A stretch of 64,000 nucleotides of DNA from Spirochaetia bacterium (GTDB lineage: Bacteria > Spirochaetota > Spirochaetia > CADAEX01). The stretch is from NCBI GenBank assembly GCA_045606105.1, contig JAZURI010000002.1:96001-160000 (forward strand), given 5' to 3'. The translations under genes and the position numbers were made by a program. Of this stretch, positions 19,443-29,299 are shown piece after piece. The notes beneath the pieces are model-generated. The model saw nothing but the letters and a program-made list of their open reading frames with translations, did not search any database and was not told where the DNA came from. Within the stretch, counting starts at the first letter, position 1. Each line of letters opens with the position of its first letter.

Positions 19443-21783
19443 TTACCTCTTCCATTCTGCTTACCGGATGGAATACAATTCCTTTCTTCACATAAGCAGG
19501 AATTTCCTCCAGATCCTTTTCATTCTGTTTCGGAATGATGATATGCTTTATCATGTTCCTTCTGGCTGCAATGGTCTTCTCCTTAAGGCCTCCGATAGGG
19601 AGAACAGCTCCTGTAAGAGAAAGCTCTCCGGTCATTGCAAAATCCTTCTTTATCTTCCTGTTCCTGATAAGGGAAAGAACTGCACTGGCCATGGTGATAC
19701 CTGCTGAAGGGCCGTCCTTTGGAGTCGCCCCCTCCGGAATATGGAGATGATACTGATAATCCTCAAACGCACTGCGGTCTATTCCGAACCTCTCTGCAAT
19801 GGTCCGTACATATGTAAAGGCTATGTTTGCCGATTCCTTCATTACATCACCCATCTGACCTGTAAGCCTGAAGCCCTCTTTTCCCGGCATTCTTGCAGTT
19901 TCTATCATCAGGGTATCCCCTCCGAAATTGGTCCATGCAAGGCCTACAACCATTCCGGGTCCTGTCGGAACCTTGATTTCGTCCGGTGCAAACCGAGGCT
20001 TGCCCAGGTATTTTTCCAGCTTGTCGGAAGTAATGATGAACGGATATTCCCGCTTGTCCATAACCAGCTCCCTGGCCAGCTTCCTGTTTATCTTGTCCAG
20101 TGCCTTTTCCAGATTTCTGACACCAGATTCACGCACATAATTTTCGGCAATGACAGAAAGGGTATCTCCCTTGTAAAAAACCTGCTCCTTGTCCAGTCCG
20201 TTGGCCTCAAGGCTTTTCGGCAGCAGATAACGCTCGGCAATCTTTACCTTTTCCTGCTTGATATATCCCGCAATCCTGATAATTTCCATTCTGTCCAGAA
20301 GCGGGGTAGGAATGGTATCAAGGGAGTTTGCGGTAGTGATGAACATGACATTTGAAATATCAAAAGGGAGATCCAGATAATGGTCCCTGAAGGAAACATT
20401 CTGCTCCGGATCCAGAACCTCAAGAAGAGCCGATGACGGATCGCCCTGATAAGAGGAGCCCAGCTTGTCAATTTCATCAATCATGAAAACCGGATTGCTG
20501 GTCTTGCAGATTTTGAGTCCCTGAAGAATTTTTCCCGGCATGGCGCCGATATATGTCCTTCTGTGTCCCTTGATTTCTGCCTCATCCTTCATTCCGCCCA
20601 CGGAAAAACGGAAAAATTCCCTGTTCATGGCCTTGGCTACAGACCTTCCCACAGAGGTCTTACCCACACCCGGAGGGCCCACAAGACAGATAATGGAGCC
20701 TTTTGAATCCTTTTTCAGCTTCTTTACCGAAAGATATTCAATGATCCTTTCCTTCACATCCTCCAGACCGTAATGATCCCTGGAGAGAATTGCCTTTGCC
20801 TTCCTGATATCCAGCTTGTCATCCGAAAACCTGTTCCACGGAAGATTTATTATGGTGGAAAGGTAGTTTCTTGTAACACCGAATTCAGGGGAGTGAGGAT
20901 CCATCATGGAAAATTTCTGAAGCTCCTGCTCCACGGCTTCCTTTACCTCGCCGGTAAAACCGAACTTTCTTACAGCCTCACGGAAGCGGTTGTAATCGCT
21001 GTCCTTGGAATCGGCCGGAAGCCCCAGCTCCTTCTTTATGGCCTTAAGCTCTTCCCGGAGAAAGTAGACTCTCTGACTTTTTTCAATCTTTTCATTTATC
21101 TGCTTCTGGATTTTTTTCTGGATACGGAGAAGCTCCTGCTCCTTCTTGATGAAAACCAGAACCTTTTCCATTCTTTTCCTGATATTCAGTGTCTCAAGGA
21201 TTTTCTGCTGTTCCTTCTTGTCAATGTTGAGAATGGAAGCAACGAAATCGGCAATCTTTCCCGGCTGGTCGATATTGACCATGTTGAGACGCATCTCTTC
21301 GGTAAAAAGGGGATTGTTTTCGGAAACCTGCTTCATTTCGGAAAGGATAGCCTGAGTCAGGGCCTTGATTTCCGCAGAGCCTGAACGCTCCTTCCTGTCC
21401 TCCAGATATTCAACCTCTACCGCAAGAGGAGCCCGCTTTGTAAGAGCCTCCTTGATCCTGAAACGCTTCAGGGTAGATACAAATATGTTCAATCCGCCGT
21501 CAGGCAGGTTTATCTTCTTGACTATCTTGGCTGCTGTTCCCACTGTATAAAGATCGTCGGGTGTCACAGGTGCATTGCTGTCAGTTTCATCATCCCTCAG
21601 AAGGACAAGACCCAGCATACCGCCGTTTTTAGCCATTGCTTTCTCAACAGCCGACAGATCCTGCGGTGAAACAATCATAAGTGGGGTCAGAATCCCGGGA
21701 TAAATAGGTTTTCCGGCAAGAGGTACGATATAAAGCTTATCCGGAAGCATTTCCTCCAGGGTTGCCAGTTCTTTTTCGCCCAA
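19426..21783 (-). CDS. lon: ATP-dependent protease La
   Basis: GPPGVGKT, GHRRTYIGAMPG, PKDGPSAG catalytic Ser, GGLKEK; TTG start with GGAG RBS. Confidence 0.97.
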   Translation of the reverse strand: MGEKELATLEEMLPDKLYIVPLAGKPIYPGILTPLMIVSPQDLSAVEKAMAKNGGMLGLVLLRDDETDSNAPVTPDDLYTVGTAAKIVKKINLPDGGLNIFVSTLKRFRIKEALTKRAPLAVEVEYLEDRKERSGSAEIKALTQAILSEMKQVSENNPLFTEEMRLNMVNIDQPGKIADFVASILNIDKKEQQKILETLNIRKRMEKVLVFIKKEQELLRIQKKIQKQINEKIEKSQRVYFLREELKAIKKELGLPADSKDSDYNRFREAVRKFGFTGEVKEAVEQELQKFSMMDPHSPEFGVTRNYLSTIINLPWNRFSDDKLDIRKAKAILSRDHYGLEDVKERIIEYLSVKKLKKDSKGSIICLVGPPGVGKTSVGRSVAKAMNREFFRFSVGGMKDEAEIKGHRRTYIGAMPGKILQGLKICKTSNPVFMIDEIDKLGSSYQGDPSSALLEVLDPEQNVSFRDHYLDLPFDISNVMFITTANSLDTIPTPLLDRMEIIRIAGYIKQEKVKIAERYLLPKSLEANGLDKEQVFYKGDTLSVIAENYVRESGVRNLEKALDKINRKLARELVMDKREYPFIITSDKLEKYLGKPRFAPDEIKVPTGPGMVVGLAWTNFGGDTLMIETARMPGKEGFRLTGQMGDVMKESANIAFTYVRTIAERFGIDRSAFEDYQYHLHIPEGATPKDGPSAGITMASAVLSLIRNRKIKKDFAMTGELSLTGAVLPIGGLKEKTIAARRNMIKHIIIPKQNEKDLEEIPAYVKKGIVFHPVSRMEEVIELIF

Positions 21784-21810
21784 TATAAAACTCCTTTGCT
21801 ATACTATATT

Positions 21811-21838
21811 ATTATAAAATAAATATTACAAATGTCAA
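21811..21838 (-). promoter_or_regulatory. sigma70 promoter of lon
   Basis: TTGACA-N16-TATAAT on the minus strand. Confidence 0.7.
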
Positions 21839-21852
21839 AAGTCAAGTACAGA

Positions 21853-23700
21853 TTATTTTCCTGTAACCCTGAAATGGGATGACATTGTAACGGGATCGGC
21901 CGATGTACATTCAATACGGACCTTTTCTCCCAGTGCCAGACGGAAACGGCCGCTGAGCTTGAATTCATAGGCCAGTTCAGGTATCAGCATCACATTCCTG
22001 TCCTCGGTATGAGCCACGCATACTGCTTCTCCCTTCCAGTTTCCCTCATGGTTCTTAAGGTAAACAAGGGTCCAGTACTCCTTGCACTGTCTTTCCAGTT
22101 TTGCACGGCCCGAAGCTGCCGGGGCGGCACAGATAATCCTTTCATTTATCTCCGCGGCAGAGAGAAGCTCCTCTCCGGCTATGAAACGCCTGAGCTGTAT
22201 GTGGGAAAGCAGATCCTCATAACGCCTCATGGGGCTGGTTACCCTGACATACGGCTCCAGTCCAAGACCGGCATGAAGACCGGGAATCACCGACAGGTTG
22301 CTGGTCCTGCAGTTTCTTCTCAGCTCATACATACCGTAAATGGTATCGGGACGCTCGGTCATTTCCGGCTCCTCCTGAACGGCATAGGGAAGGGCAATAT
22401 GGTTTTCGGCAGCATAGACGGCAACAGCATGACCTGCCGCTATCATTGCATTGGCCACCATCTCCCTGACCTCGGAAAAACCGGTCTGCTTGATACTGAT
22501 GCTTCTTTCGGGAATATTTACCCTCAGTCCTGTTTCAGGAAGCCTTATCATTACAGCCCTGTTACGGATACGGAGATCACGGAACCGCCATACAGCCTCT
22601 GCACAGGGGGCAAATTCCTCGGAATCCATGAGAGCCCCGGCTTCATCATAGTTCATTCTGGTAACCCGGACCCTGCTCAGGGTCATCCTTTCAAGGCTGG
22701 GCTTTCCGGACTCATCTATACGGATACCGAAACTGAGGGCCGGAGATATTTCATTAAGTCCCAGGCCGAAGATTCCAACCGATTCGGCAGGGAGCATTAC
22801 AGTTACCCCTTCGGGAAGATACAGCGTACAACCCAGCTCCATGGCAAAGGCTTCGAGCCCGCTTCCTGCCCTGACTACGGAAGAGGGATCCGCAACATGT
22901 ATCCAGACAAGTCCTGTTTCCCGGTCATAGCTGATTGCATCATCAGGGTCCGTACTTCCGATATCATCTATCGCATAAGCAGCCAGATGGGTCAGGTCAG
23001 CTCTTTCCTCATCAGGAACTGTATCGGGAAAAGGGGGATATTCAAGATCAACAGGGATTGAATAACGGCGGGGCCACGGATTGTTGTCAAACTCGTTCCA
23101 TACCCCCAGCCTGGTCAGAAGCCCCTGGGCCTTTTCGGGAAGAACCTCCATATCAAGATCGTGCATCAGCTTGCTGGAGGGACTTTCACCATAGGCCACA
23201 TTTTCGATTTCCCTGAGTCTGGAGCTGTCCTCAGGAACCACCCTGCAGCTTCTTATTCTCTCAAGAAGCTCCGCATGGGCATCCTTTCTTGCATTTTTCA
23301 GCTGCTCCTTCATCTCCCTGGAACGGACATGCTCGGAGGAATTGGCCCTGACACCCGATGAAACAGAACCGCTGAAATAAAAATCGCTGCTGATAAGTTC
23401 TGCAGCGGCAAGGGCACTTGACGGAGAGAAATCCCCGAAAAGAAGCTCTGTGAATTCGGCGAAATCCATGGTCTCGTCACCCATGAGCTCACTGTTTTCA
23501 GCCTGAACCTCGGCAGAGGGAATGTCGGCTGGAGAAGGAACGGAACTGCAGGGTCCCGGATGAACAGGCTCGATATCCTTGAGCCTTACCGATTTTCTGT
23601 CTCCGTTTGCAGTACGGATTGAATACTTGTCACCTGAAATTTCGGTAACAACAGCCCCTTTACCTTTATATAAAACCAGAGAATTGTTGTTTACAGTCAT
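21853..23700 (-). CDS. RNB-domain 3'-5' exoribonuclease (RNase II family)
   Basis: AIDDIGSTDPDDAIS catalytic motif, IHVADP, HAGLGL..Y..VTSPMRRYEDL. Confidence 0.9.
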   Translation of the reverse strand: MTVNNNSLVLYKGKGAVVTEISGDKYSIRTANGDRKSVRLKDIEPVHPGPCSSVPSPADIPSAEVQAENSELMGDETMDFAEFTELLFGDFSPSSALAAAELISSDFYFSGSVSSGVRANSSEHVRSREMKEQLKNARKDAHAELLERIRSCRVVPEDSSRLREIENVAYGESPSSKLMHDLDMEVLPEKAQGLLTRLGVWNEFDNNPWPRRYSIPVDLEYPPFPDTVPDEERADLTHLAAYAIDDIGSTDPDDAISYDRETGLVWIHVADPSSVVRAGSGLEAFAMELGCTLYLPEGVTVMLPAESVGIFGLGLNEISPALSFGIRIDESGKPSLERMTLSRVRVTRMNYDEAGALMDSEEFAPCAEAVWRFRDLRIRNRAVMIRLPETGLRVNIPERSISIKQTGFSEVREMVANAMIAAGHAVAVYAAENHIALPYAVQEEPEMTERPDTIYGMYELRRNCRTSNLSVIPGLHAGLGLEPYVRVTSPMRRYEDLLSHIQLRRFIAGEELLSAAEINERIICAAPAASGRAKLERQCKEYWTLVYLKNHEGNWKGEAVCVAHTEDRNVMLIPELAYEFKLSGRFRLALGEKVRIECTSADPVTMSSHFRVTGK

Positions 23701-23884
23701 TTAAAAAAAATTAACACCATAAATCCAAACTTTCAAGTCCAATATTAATATAATTATATATATTTAAAGAAACGTTTACGATTTTTAAAAGCATACTATA
23801 AAAATATTGCACTTTTCAAATCTTTTAATGCTTTGCTTAGATAAAACGGAACATATTAAATAAATCCTAAATCCTTTATCCACC

Positions 23885-23913
23885 TTTACATTCCCATAAT
23901 TTTAATCTATAAT
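23885..23913 (+). promoter_or_regulatory. sigma70 promoter of rpoZ-miaA
   Basis: TTTACA-N17-TATAAT. Confidence 0.6.
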
Positions 23914-23941
23914 GACAATGTTATATAGGAGTTTTAAAATC

Positions 23942-24133
23942 ATGATCCCATTGGACAAACTGGAAGAAAACAAGAACAATGTTTACGAGATGACCTGTGC
24001 TGCCATCAAAAGGGCAAAGCAGATTGCAATGACAGGTGATGCTGCTCTCGAGGAAGATGATACAACCAAAATTACTTCTATTTCCCTTAACCAGATTCTT
24101 GTAGGCAAAACCGGCTATAAGATGGAACAGTAG
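23942..24133 (+). CDS. rpoZ: RNA polymerase omega subunit (short form)
   Basis: 'MIPLDKL...NVYEMTCAAIKRAKQI' omega motif; AGGAG RBS before ATG 23942. Confidence 0.75.
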   Translation: MIPLDKLEENKNNVYEMTCAAIKRAKQIAMTGDAALEEDDTTKITSISLNQILVGKTGYKMEQ

Positions 24134-24135
24134 GC

Positions 24136-25074
24136 TTGAAAGAAGCTGTTCCCGTCATTGTCGTATTCGGTCCCACAGCTGTTGGAAAAACCGAATTTCT
24201 ACTTAATTTCGGAAAAATCGGCGAAATAATTAATCTTGACTCACTTCAGGTTTACCGCTACATGAGTATCGGCACAGCCAAGCCTGATTCTGCTGTTACA
24301 GACATAATACCGCACCATCTCATCGACTGCATCGACCCCGATACGGAATTCTGTGCCGGAGACTTTGTTTCGGAAGCTGACCGTCTCTGCCAAGAGATAT
24401 ATTCCAGGGGAAAGATCCCGGTTCTTTCGGGAGGTACAGGCTTTTTTCTTAAAAACTTCATCTACGGACTGCCTCAGGCGCCCCCTTCGGATCCGGCAAT
24501 CAGGGCAGAACTTCAGAAAAGGGCGGAAACAGAGGGGACCGAAGTACTCAGAACGGAGCTTGAAAAGGGAGATCCCGTTTCCTGGGGCAGGATAAAGGCA
24601 GCAGATACATACCGCATAATAAGGGCCCTGGAGGTACTGTACACATCAGGACAGCCCCTTTCATCCTTCACCCTCAGCAGCCGGCCCAGAAAGGAGTATT
24701 CCTTCTTCCTCATCGGTCTCAACAGGGACAGGGAAGAGCTGTACGACAGGATAAACAGAAGAGTTGATCTCATGTTCGATGCCGGACTTCCCGAAGAGTA
24801 CAAGATGCTGAGAAAAATGGGCTACAATGATTCATCTCCCGGTCTTTCAGCCATCGGCTACAGGGAATTTTCCCTGATGGAAAAGTACGGAAGCTTTACC
24901 CTTGCCGAAATCAGGGAGCTCATAAAGCAGAACTCCCGCAACTATGCAAAAAGACAGCTTACATATTTCAGAGCCCTGGAAAATGTCCGGTGGATAAATC
25001 CCGGAGAATGGGAAACCATAGAAAAGGAAATATTAATTTTTCTTGAACAAAACAGCCATGTAGGTATAAAATAG
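24136..25074 (+). CDS. miaA: tRNA dimethylallyltransferase
   Basis: GPTAVGKT, DSLQVY, IGTAKP, PHHLID, GGTGFF, YAKRQLTY. Confidence 0.96.
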   Translation: MKEAVPVIVVFGPTAVGKTEFLLNFGKIGEIINLDSLQVYRYMSIGTAKPDSAVTDIIPHHLIDCIDPDTEFCAGDFVSEADRLCQEIYSRGKIPVLSGGTGFFLKNFIYGLPQAPPSDPAIRAELQKRAETEGTEVLRTELEKGDPVSWGRIKAADTYRIIRALEVLYTSGQPLSSFTLSSRPRKEYSFFLIGLNRDREELYDRINRRVDLMFDAGLPEEYKMLRKMGYNDSSPGLSAIGYREFSLMEKYGSFTLAEIRELIKQNSRNYAKRQLTYFRALENVRWINPGEWETIEKEILIFLEQNSHVGIK

Positions 25075-25078
25075 ACTC

Positions 25079-25360
25079 ATGTGTTACTTCTGCGGAAAAA
25101 CTTTGGATACAGAAAGGGTTTACAGAGCTTCGGTCTGCTCAGGCTGCGGCAGGGATCTCAGATGCTGCCTCAACTGCAGATACTATTCCAAGGGCTCCTA
25201 CCGGGATTGCCGTGAATCGGTACCGGAAGAGGTAAGAGACAAGGAAAGGGCCAATTTCTGCGAATATTTCTGTTACGAGGAAAAGGAGAAATCCGGTACC
25301 GAAGAGAAAAAGAAACAGGATGCAAGAAATGAATTCCTGAAACTTTTCGGCGGTAATTAG
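25079..25360 (+). CDS. Cys-rich putative zinc-binding hypothetical protein
   Basis: CxxC...CxxC...CCxxC...C...NFCEYF; packed tightly between miaA and murI. Confidence 0.7.
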   Translation: MCYFCGKTLDTERVYRASVCSGCGRDLRCCLNCRYYSKGSYRDCRESVPEEVRDKERANFCEYFCYEEKEKSGTEEKKKQDARNEFLKLFGGN

Positions 25361-25361
25361 G

Positions 25362-26150
25362 ATGAAAGGATATGTAATCGGCTTCTACGATTCCGGAATA
25401 GGGGGACTCCCTTATCTCAGATGGTTGCAGGAAAGAACGGAAAACTGCAGCTACCGTTATCTTGCCGAAACCGCAAACTTTCCCTTCGGTACAAAATCCG
25501 AGGATGAAATAAGGCACATTGTCATAAACAGCATAGGGCGCTTCATCGAAAAGGCTTCTCCCGACATCATTGTAATTGCCTGCAACACCGCATCGGTAAC
25601 AGCGCTGAAGCTGCTGAGAGAAAACTACGAAATCCCCTTTGTCGGGGTGGTTCCTGCCATCAAGCCGGCCGGAATCCTTTCCAGAAACAAGAACATCGGC
25701 CTTTTTGCCACCAACAAGACAGTTTCCCAGGCCTATACCCAGAATCTCATAGATTCCTTTGCATCCGGCTGTACCGTGAAGAAATTTGCCATGCCGGAGA
25801 TAGTCTCCTTCGTGGAGCACAGTATCTTTACGGCATCCCGGGAAGAAATAACAAGAATGATCACACCTGCCGCCGATTTTTTCAAGGCAAACGGAACCGA
25901 CACCATCATTCTGGGCTGTACCCATTTCACATACCTTGAAGAAACCTTCAGGGAAATCATGGGACCCGGTATTTCAATCGTGGATTCAAGGGAAGGGGTA
26001 GGGAAAAGGACACTTTCCCTGCTGGTAGGGAAAAAACCATCAGAATGCTCCGGGGAAAATCTCTTCTTCACCACATCTGAGGAAAAGAAACCGGAAAACT
26101 ACAGGTTTATCAGGGATTATTTCGGATTGGAACCCGGCGGTGAAATCTGA
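25362..26150 (+). CDS. murI: Glutamate racemase
   Basis: DSGIGG, FPFGTK, IACNTAS, LGCTHF. Confidence 0.96.
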   Translation: MKGYVIGFYDSGIGGLPYLRWLQERTENCSYRYLAETANFPFGTKSEDEIRHIVINSIGRFIEKASPDIIVIACNTASVTALKLLRENYEIPFVGVVPAIKPAGILSRNKNIGLFATNKTVSQAYTQNLIDSFASGCTVKKFAMPEIVSFVEHSIFTASREEITRMITPAADFFKANGTDTIILGCTHFTYLEETFREIMGPGISIVDSREGVGKRTLSLLVGKKPSECSGENLFFTTSEEKKPENYRFIRDYFGLEPGGEI

Positions 26151-26347
26151 TCGTCAAGGTCTATGTCGGCCAGGATATCATCCAGGATAAACTCTCCCGA
26201 TTCCTCCTCCGCCTCCTCAAACTCCTGAATCACCTCATCCGGAATTTCCTCAAGGTCAAGAGGCTCTTCGGTATCGGCCGCTGTTACTTTCACAGGACCC
26301 GACTTGATCCATACACCGTATTTTTCAATCTCTTTTTCCATGCTCAT
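26117..26347 (-). CDS. Small acidic hypothetical protein
   Basis: Fills the gap between murI and ftsB; YGVWIK motif followed by an E/D-rich tail; TAAACT box 6 nt before the ATG. Confidence 0.55.
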   Translation of the reverse strand: MSMEKEIEKYGVWIKSGPVKVTAADTEEPLDLEEIPDEVIQEFEEAEEESGEFILDDILADIDLDDQISPPGSNPK

Positions 26348-26425
26348 ACCTGAAGTTTACACCATTTCAGAAAAAATTGGTATATTTTTTTAAAGATATT
26401 AACAAAGACGGACGAAAAGATAAAT

Positions 26426-26920
26426 ATGAGGCATTTTCGCAATCTTGCTTACGCATTCTTTTTCTGTATCCTCACATACCTGGTCCTTTCGGCTTTCTAC
26501 GGAGATACCGGCATGCTGGCCTACGAAGAACTTCAGCGGTACAACTCCAAGCTGGAGCAGAACATAAAGGAACTTCAGGTTATCAATGCAGACCTGGAAA
26601 ACAAATGCCGCATGCTTCAGGACAGTGAAAACATAGTACTTACCGCAAGATCCAACGGCATGATTGCCTCCGACGAGAAGCTGATCATCATAGAAGGCTT
26701 CTGCAGTTCCGACTGCCGGGAAGCAGGTCCGGTCCTGGGCTCCCTCTGCGGAAACCAGATAAAGAACGTCAACAGAATCACCGATATCTCGAAACTCAGA
26801 TTCCTCAGCTTATTAATACCGTTATTGATTTTTCTCTCCGTAAAAATTATATTTAATAAAAATGGTTACAGAAAAAAATCAGGACACTGCAGAGCTTGTG
26901 TCACAGGTTCTGCTGAATAA
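26426..26920 (+). CDS. Septum formation initiator (FtsB/DivIC family)
   Basis: N-terminal TM helix, 'YGDTGMLAY', leucine-zipper coiled coil, 'ARSNGMIASDEKLI'. Confidence 0.72.
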   Translation: MRHFRNLAYAFFFCILTYLVLSAFYGDTGMLAYEELQRYNSKLEQNIKELQVINADLENKCRMLQDSENIVLTARSNGMIASDEKLIIIEGFCSSDCREAGPVLGSLCGNQIKNVNRITDISKLRFLSLLIPLLIFLSVKIIFNKNGYRKKSGHCRACVTGSAE

Positions 26921-27413
26921 CGGAATAGTAATTATCCCTACAGACACAATATACGGATTCTCCTGCCTGCCGGGGCCGGCTGAGCAGCGGCTCAGGGAGC
27001 TGAAGGGCAGAGGAGCCGAAAAGCATTTTCTGAGACTTGCCCTTAAGGAGCAGCTTCATATGCTTACCCCACAGCTCCCGGAGGAAAGATTCCTTTCCCT
27101 GTGGCCCGGCCCCCTTACCCTGATAATGAACAGTCATGAACCCGGTACAACAACCGGTATCCGCGTACCCGACAATAAGTTTCTTCAGGAAATCCTTGGA
27201 AAAACAGGAGCTCCCGTTATTTCATCCAGCGTAAATTTCAGCGGCATGCCTGCCATGAACGACATAAAGGAGATCACCGCACTTTTCGAAGACAAGGTTG
27301 ACCTGATAGTGGACGGAGGAATCCTGCCCGAATCAGCCCCTTCCACCATTGCGGATATCACGGTGAAGCCCTTCAGGATTCTTAGACAGGGAGCCATGGA
27401 GATAAGAAAATGA
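26862..27413 (+). CDS. tsaC: Threonylcarbamoyl-AMP synthase (TsaC/Sua5 family)
   Basis: PTDTIYG, LKGR, WPGPLTLI, GIRVP, SSSVNFSG, PSTIAD. Confidence 0.9.
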   Translation: MVTEKNQDTAELVSQVLLNNGIVIIPTDTIYGFSCLPGPAEQRLRELKGRGAEKHFLRLALKEQLHMLTPQLPEERFLSLWPGPLTLIMNSHEPGTTTGIRVPDNKFLQEILGKTGAPVISSSVNFSGMPAMNDIKEITALFEDKVDLIVDGGILPESAPSTIADITVKPFRILRQGAMEIRK

Positions 27414-27922
27414 AAGAAAAAGTCTGTCTTGGTATAGGCTCCAACATGGGAGACCGGCTTGAAAATATCCTTACCGCATTCAAAAAGCTCAGTGCCTTCA
27501 TCACAGACCTGAAATCAGCATCGATCTATGAAACCGAGCCCATGTACATGACCGAGCAGCCCAATTTTCTGAATACTGTTTTCAGCGGAGAGACTGAGCT
27601 TTCTCCCGAGGAGCTTCTCCGGATAATACATTCACTGGAGGATGGTGCAGGAAGGAACAGAAAGCTGGCTGGTCCCAAGGGCCCGAGACCTCTGGATATC
27701 GATATACTTCTGTTCGGCCGCAGGATTCTTGATACCGAAATTCTTACGGTTCCCCATCCAGGAATCAGGGAGAGGGATTTTGTCCTGGCACCCCTTACAG
27801 AGCTTTTTCCCGGCTGCACAGATCCTGTCACAGGAGAAAAATATATTAAATTTTTAAGAAAAAAGCCTGTTTCCCTCTATTTATCTTCTGATATTTCTGC
27901 TATACTTCACGGGAATGGATAA
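27410..27922 (+). CDS. folK: HPPK (dihydropterin pyrophosphokinase)
   Basis: LGIGSNMGDR, FLNTV, GPRPLDIDIL, LTVPHP..ERDFVLAPL. Confidence 0.95.
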   Translation: MKEKVCLGIGSNMGDRLENILTAFKKLSAFITDLKSASIYETEPMYMTEQPNFLNTVFSGETELSPEELLRIIHSLEDGAGRNRKLAGPKGPRPLDIDILLFGRRILDTEILTVPHPGIRERDFVLAPLTELFPGCTDPVTGEKYIKFLRKKPVSLYLSSDISAILHGNG

Positions 27923-28640
27923 TGTTGATTTGAGACTTCAGGTTTATATGGCCCGCTGCGGAGTCGGCTCCAGAAGATTCTGTGAAAAGTGTATAGCAGA
28001 GGGACTTGTAAAAATCAATGGCAAGCCCGTAACCGAGATGGGAATCAGGGTAGGCGAGGGTGATATTGTCGAGTACAGAGGAAGAAAGATATACCCCGAC
28101 AGGAAAAAGGTTTACATAGCCTTCAATAAGCCTGTGAAGGTTCTCTGCACCAATGACGATCCCGAAGGCAGAGATGTCGCAATCAACTATTTCAAGGAAG
28201 CCTTCCCATACAGACTCCATAATGTGGGACGCCTGGACTATATGTCCACCGGCCTGATCTTCTACACAAACGACGGAGACTGGACAAAGCTCATAGCACA
28301 TCCTTCGGCACAGATTGAAAAGGAATACATAGTCGAAACAGCAAAGCCTGTAACCGAGGAGCTCATGATGAAATTCGTAAAGGGCTTTGTAATCGAGGGT
28401 GTAAAATACAGAATACAGAAATTCAGCATAAAGAGTCCGGTAAAGATTCATATCATTCTTACAGAGGGAAAAAACAGGGAAATCAGACGTTTTTTCCAGT
28501 TCCATTCCATCAAGGTAAAGAAGCTTCACAGAATCAGGATCGGTTCGGTACGGCTTGAAAGCAGCATGCTTCCGGGTAGTTTCAGAGAACTTACCCCCAG
28601 AGAAGTGGGCAGCTTCATAAAAAAGAAGGAAGGAGTATAA
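27915..28640 (+). CDS. rRNA pseudouridine synthase (RluB/RsuA family)
   Basis: S4 domain 'RLQVYMARCGVGSRR', GRLDYMSTGL, EGKNREIRR. Confidence 0.92.
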   Translation: MDNVDLRLQVYMARCGVGSRRFCEKCIAEGLVKINGKPVTEMGIRVGEGDIVEYRGRKIYPDRKKVYIAFNKPVKVLCTNDDPEGRDVAINYFKEAFPYRLHNVGRLDYMSTGLIFYTNDGDWTKLIAHPSAQIEKEYIVETAKPVTEELMMKFVKGFVIEGVKYRIQKFSIKSPVKIHIILTEGKNREIRRFFQFHSIKVKKLHRIRIGSVRLESSMLPGSFRELTPREVGSFIKKKEGV

Positions 28641-29279
28641 ATGGTAATAGCAATCGACGGACCCGCAGGAGTAGGCAAGAGCAGCATCGCAAAGATGATT
28701 GCCGGCAAGATGGGAATTTTCTATCTTAATTCAGGCAATTTCTACCGGGCCGTGACACTCAAGCTCCTCAGGAAGGGAATCAGTCCCGAAAATCAGGGAG
28801 AAGCAGTCAGGATTGCTGAAAACACCGTCATTACCGTAAATGACGGCAGGGTTTTCATGGACGGTGAGGATGTGGAGGATCTCCTTCACTGTGACGAAGT
28901 GGACGCTGTTGTGGCCCCCGTTTCCGCAATAGTGGGAGTCAGGCTGGTGGTGAACAATCTTCTCCGCAGGCTGGCCGGAAAGCTGGACCTCATTTCGGAG
29001 GGAAGGGATATAACCACAGTGGTTTTTCCGGATGCCGACTACAAGTTCTATTTCGATGCATCGGCAGATGCAAGGGCAGCAAGAAGATTCGAACAGGGTG
29101 TAAGCAATCTCTCCCTGGAAGAAATCAGGCAGAAGATAATAGAACGGGATAATATTGATATAAATAAATCTTTTGGAGGACTGAAAATTTCAAAAGATTC
29201 AATTTATATAGATACAACAGACTTGACCATAGAGCAAGTTTATGAGAAAGTACTTAATAGTATTAAAAAAAATCAGTAG
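28641..29279 (+). CDS. cmk: Cytidylate kinase
   Basis: IAIDGPAGVGKSS, SGNFYR, EGRDITTVVFPDA. Confidence 0.95.
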   Translation: MVIAIDGPAGVGKSSIAKMIAGKMGIFYLNSGNFYRAVTLKLLRKGISPENQGEAVRIAENTVITVNDGRVFMDGEDVEDLLHCDEVDAVVAPVSAIVGVRLVVNNLLRRLAGKLDLISEGRDITTVVFPDADYKFYFDASADARAARRFEQGVSNLSLEEIRQKIIERDNIDINKSFGGLKISKDSIYIDTTDLTIEQVYEKVLNSIKKNQ

Positions 29280-29299
29280 GTAGGTAGGAGTTTTTTCAA

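Noticed and set aside
22009-23061. 350-aa plus-strand ORF
   Set aside because: Entirely antisense to the RNB nuclease with no recognisable motifs; a shadow ORF.
23701-23884. AT-rich gap with a DnaA-box-like TTATCCACC as a possible replication origin
   Set aside because: Only one mismatched box, no dnaA/dnaN context, and the gap is explained by divergent promoters.
26862-26920. 59-nt ftsB/tsaC overlap as a programmed frameshift or fusion
   Set aside because: Both proteins look complete and the overlap is only an unstructured tail; the A-runs alone are not evidence.
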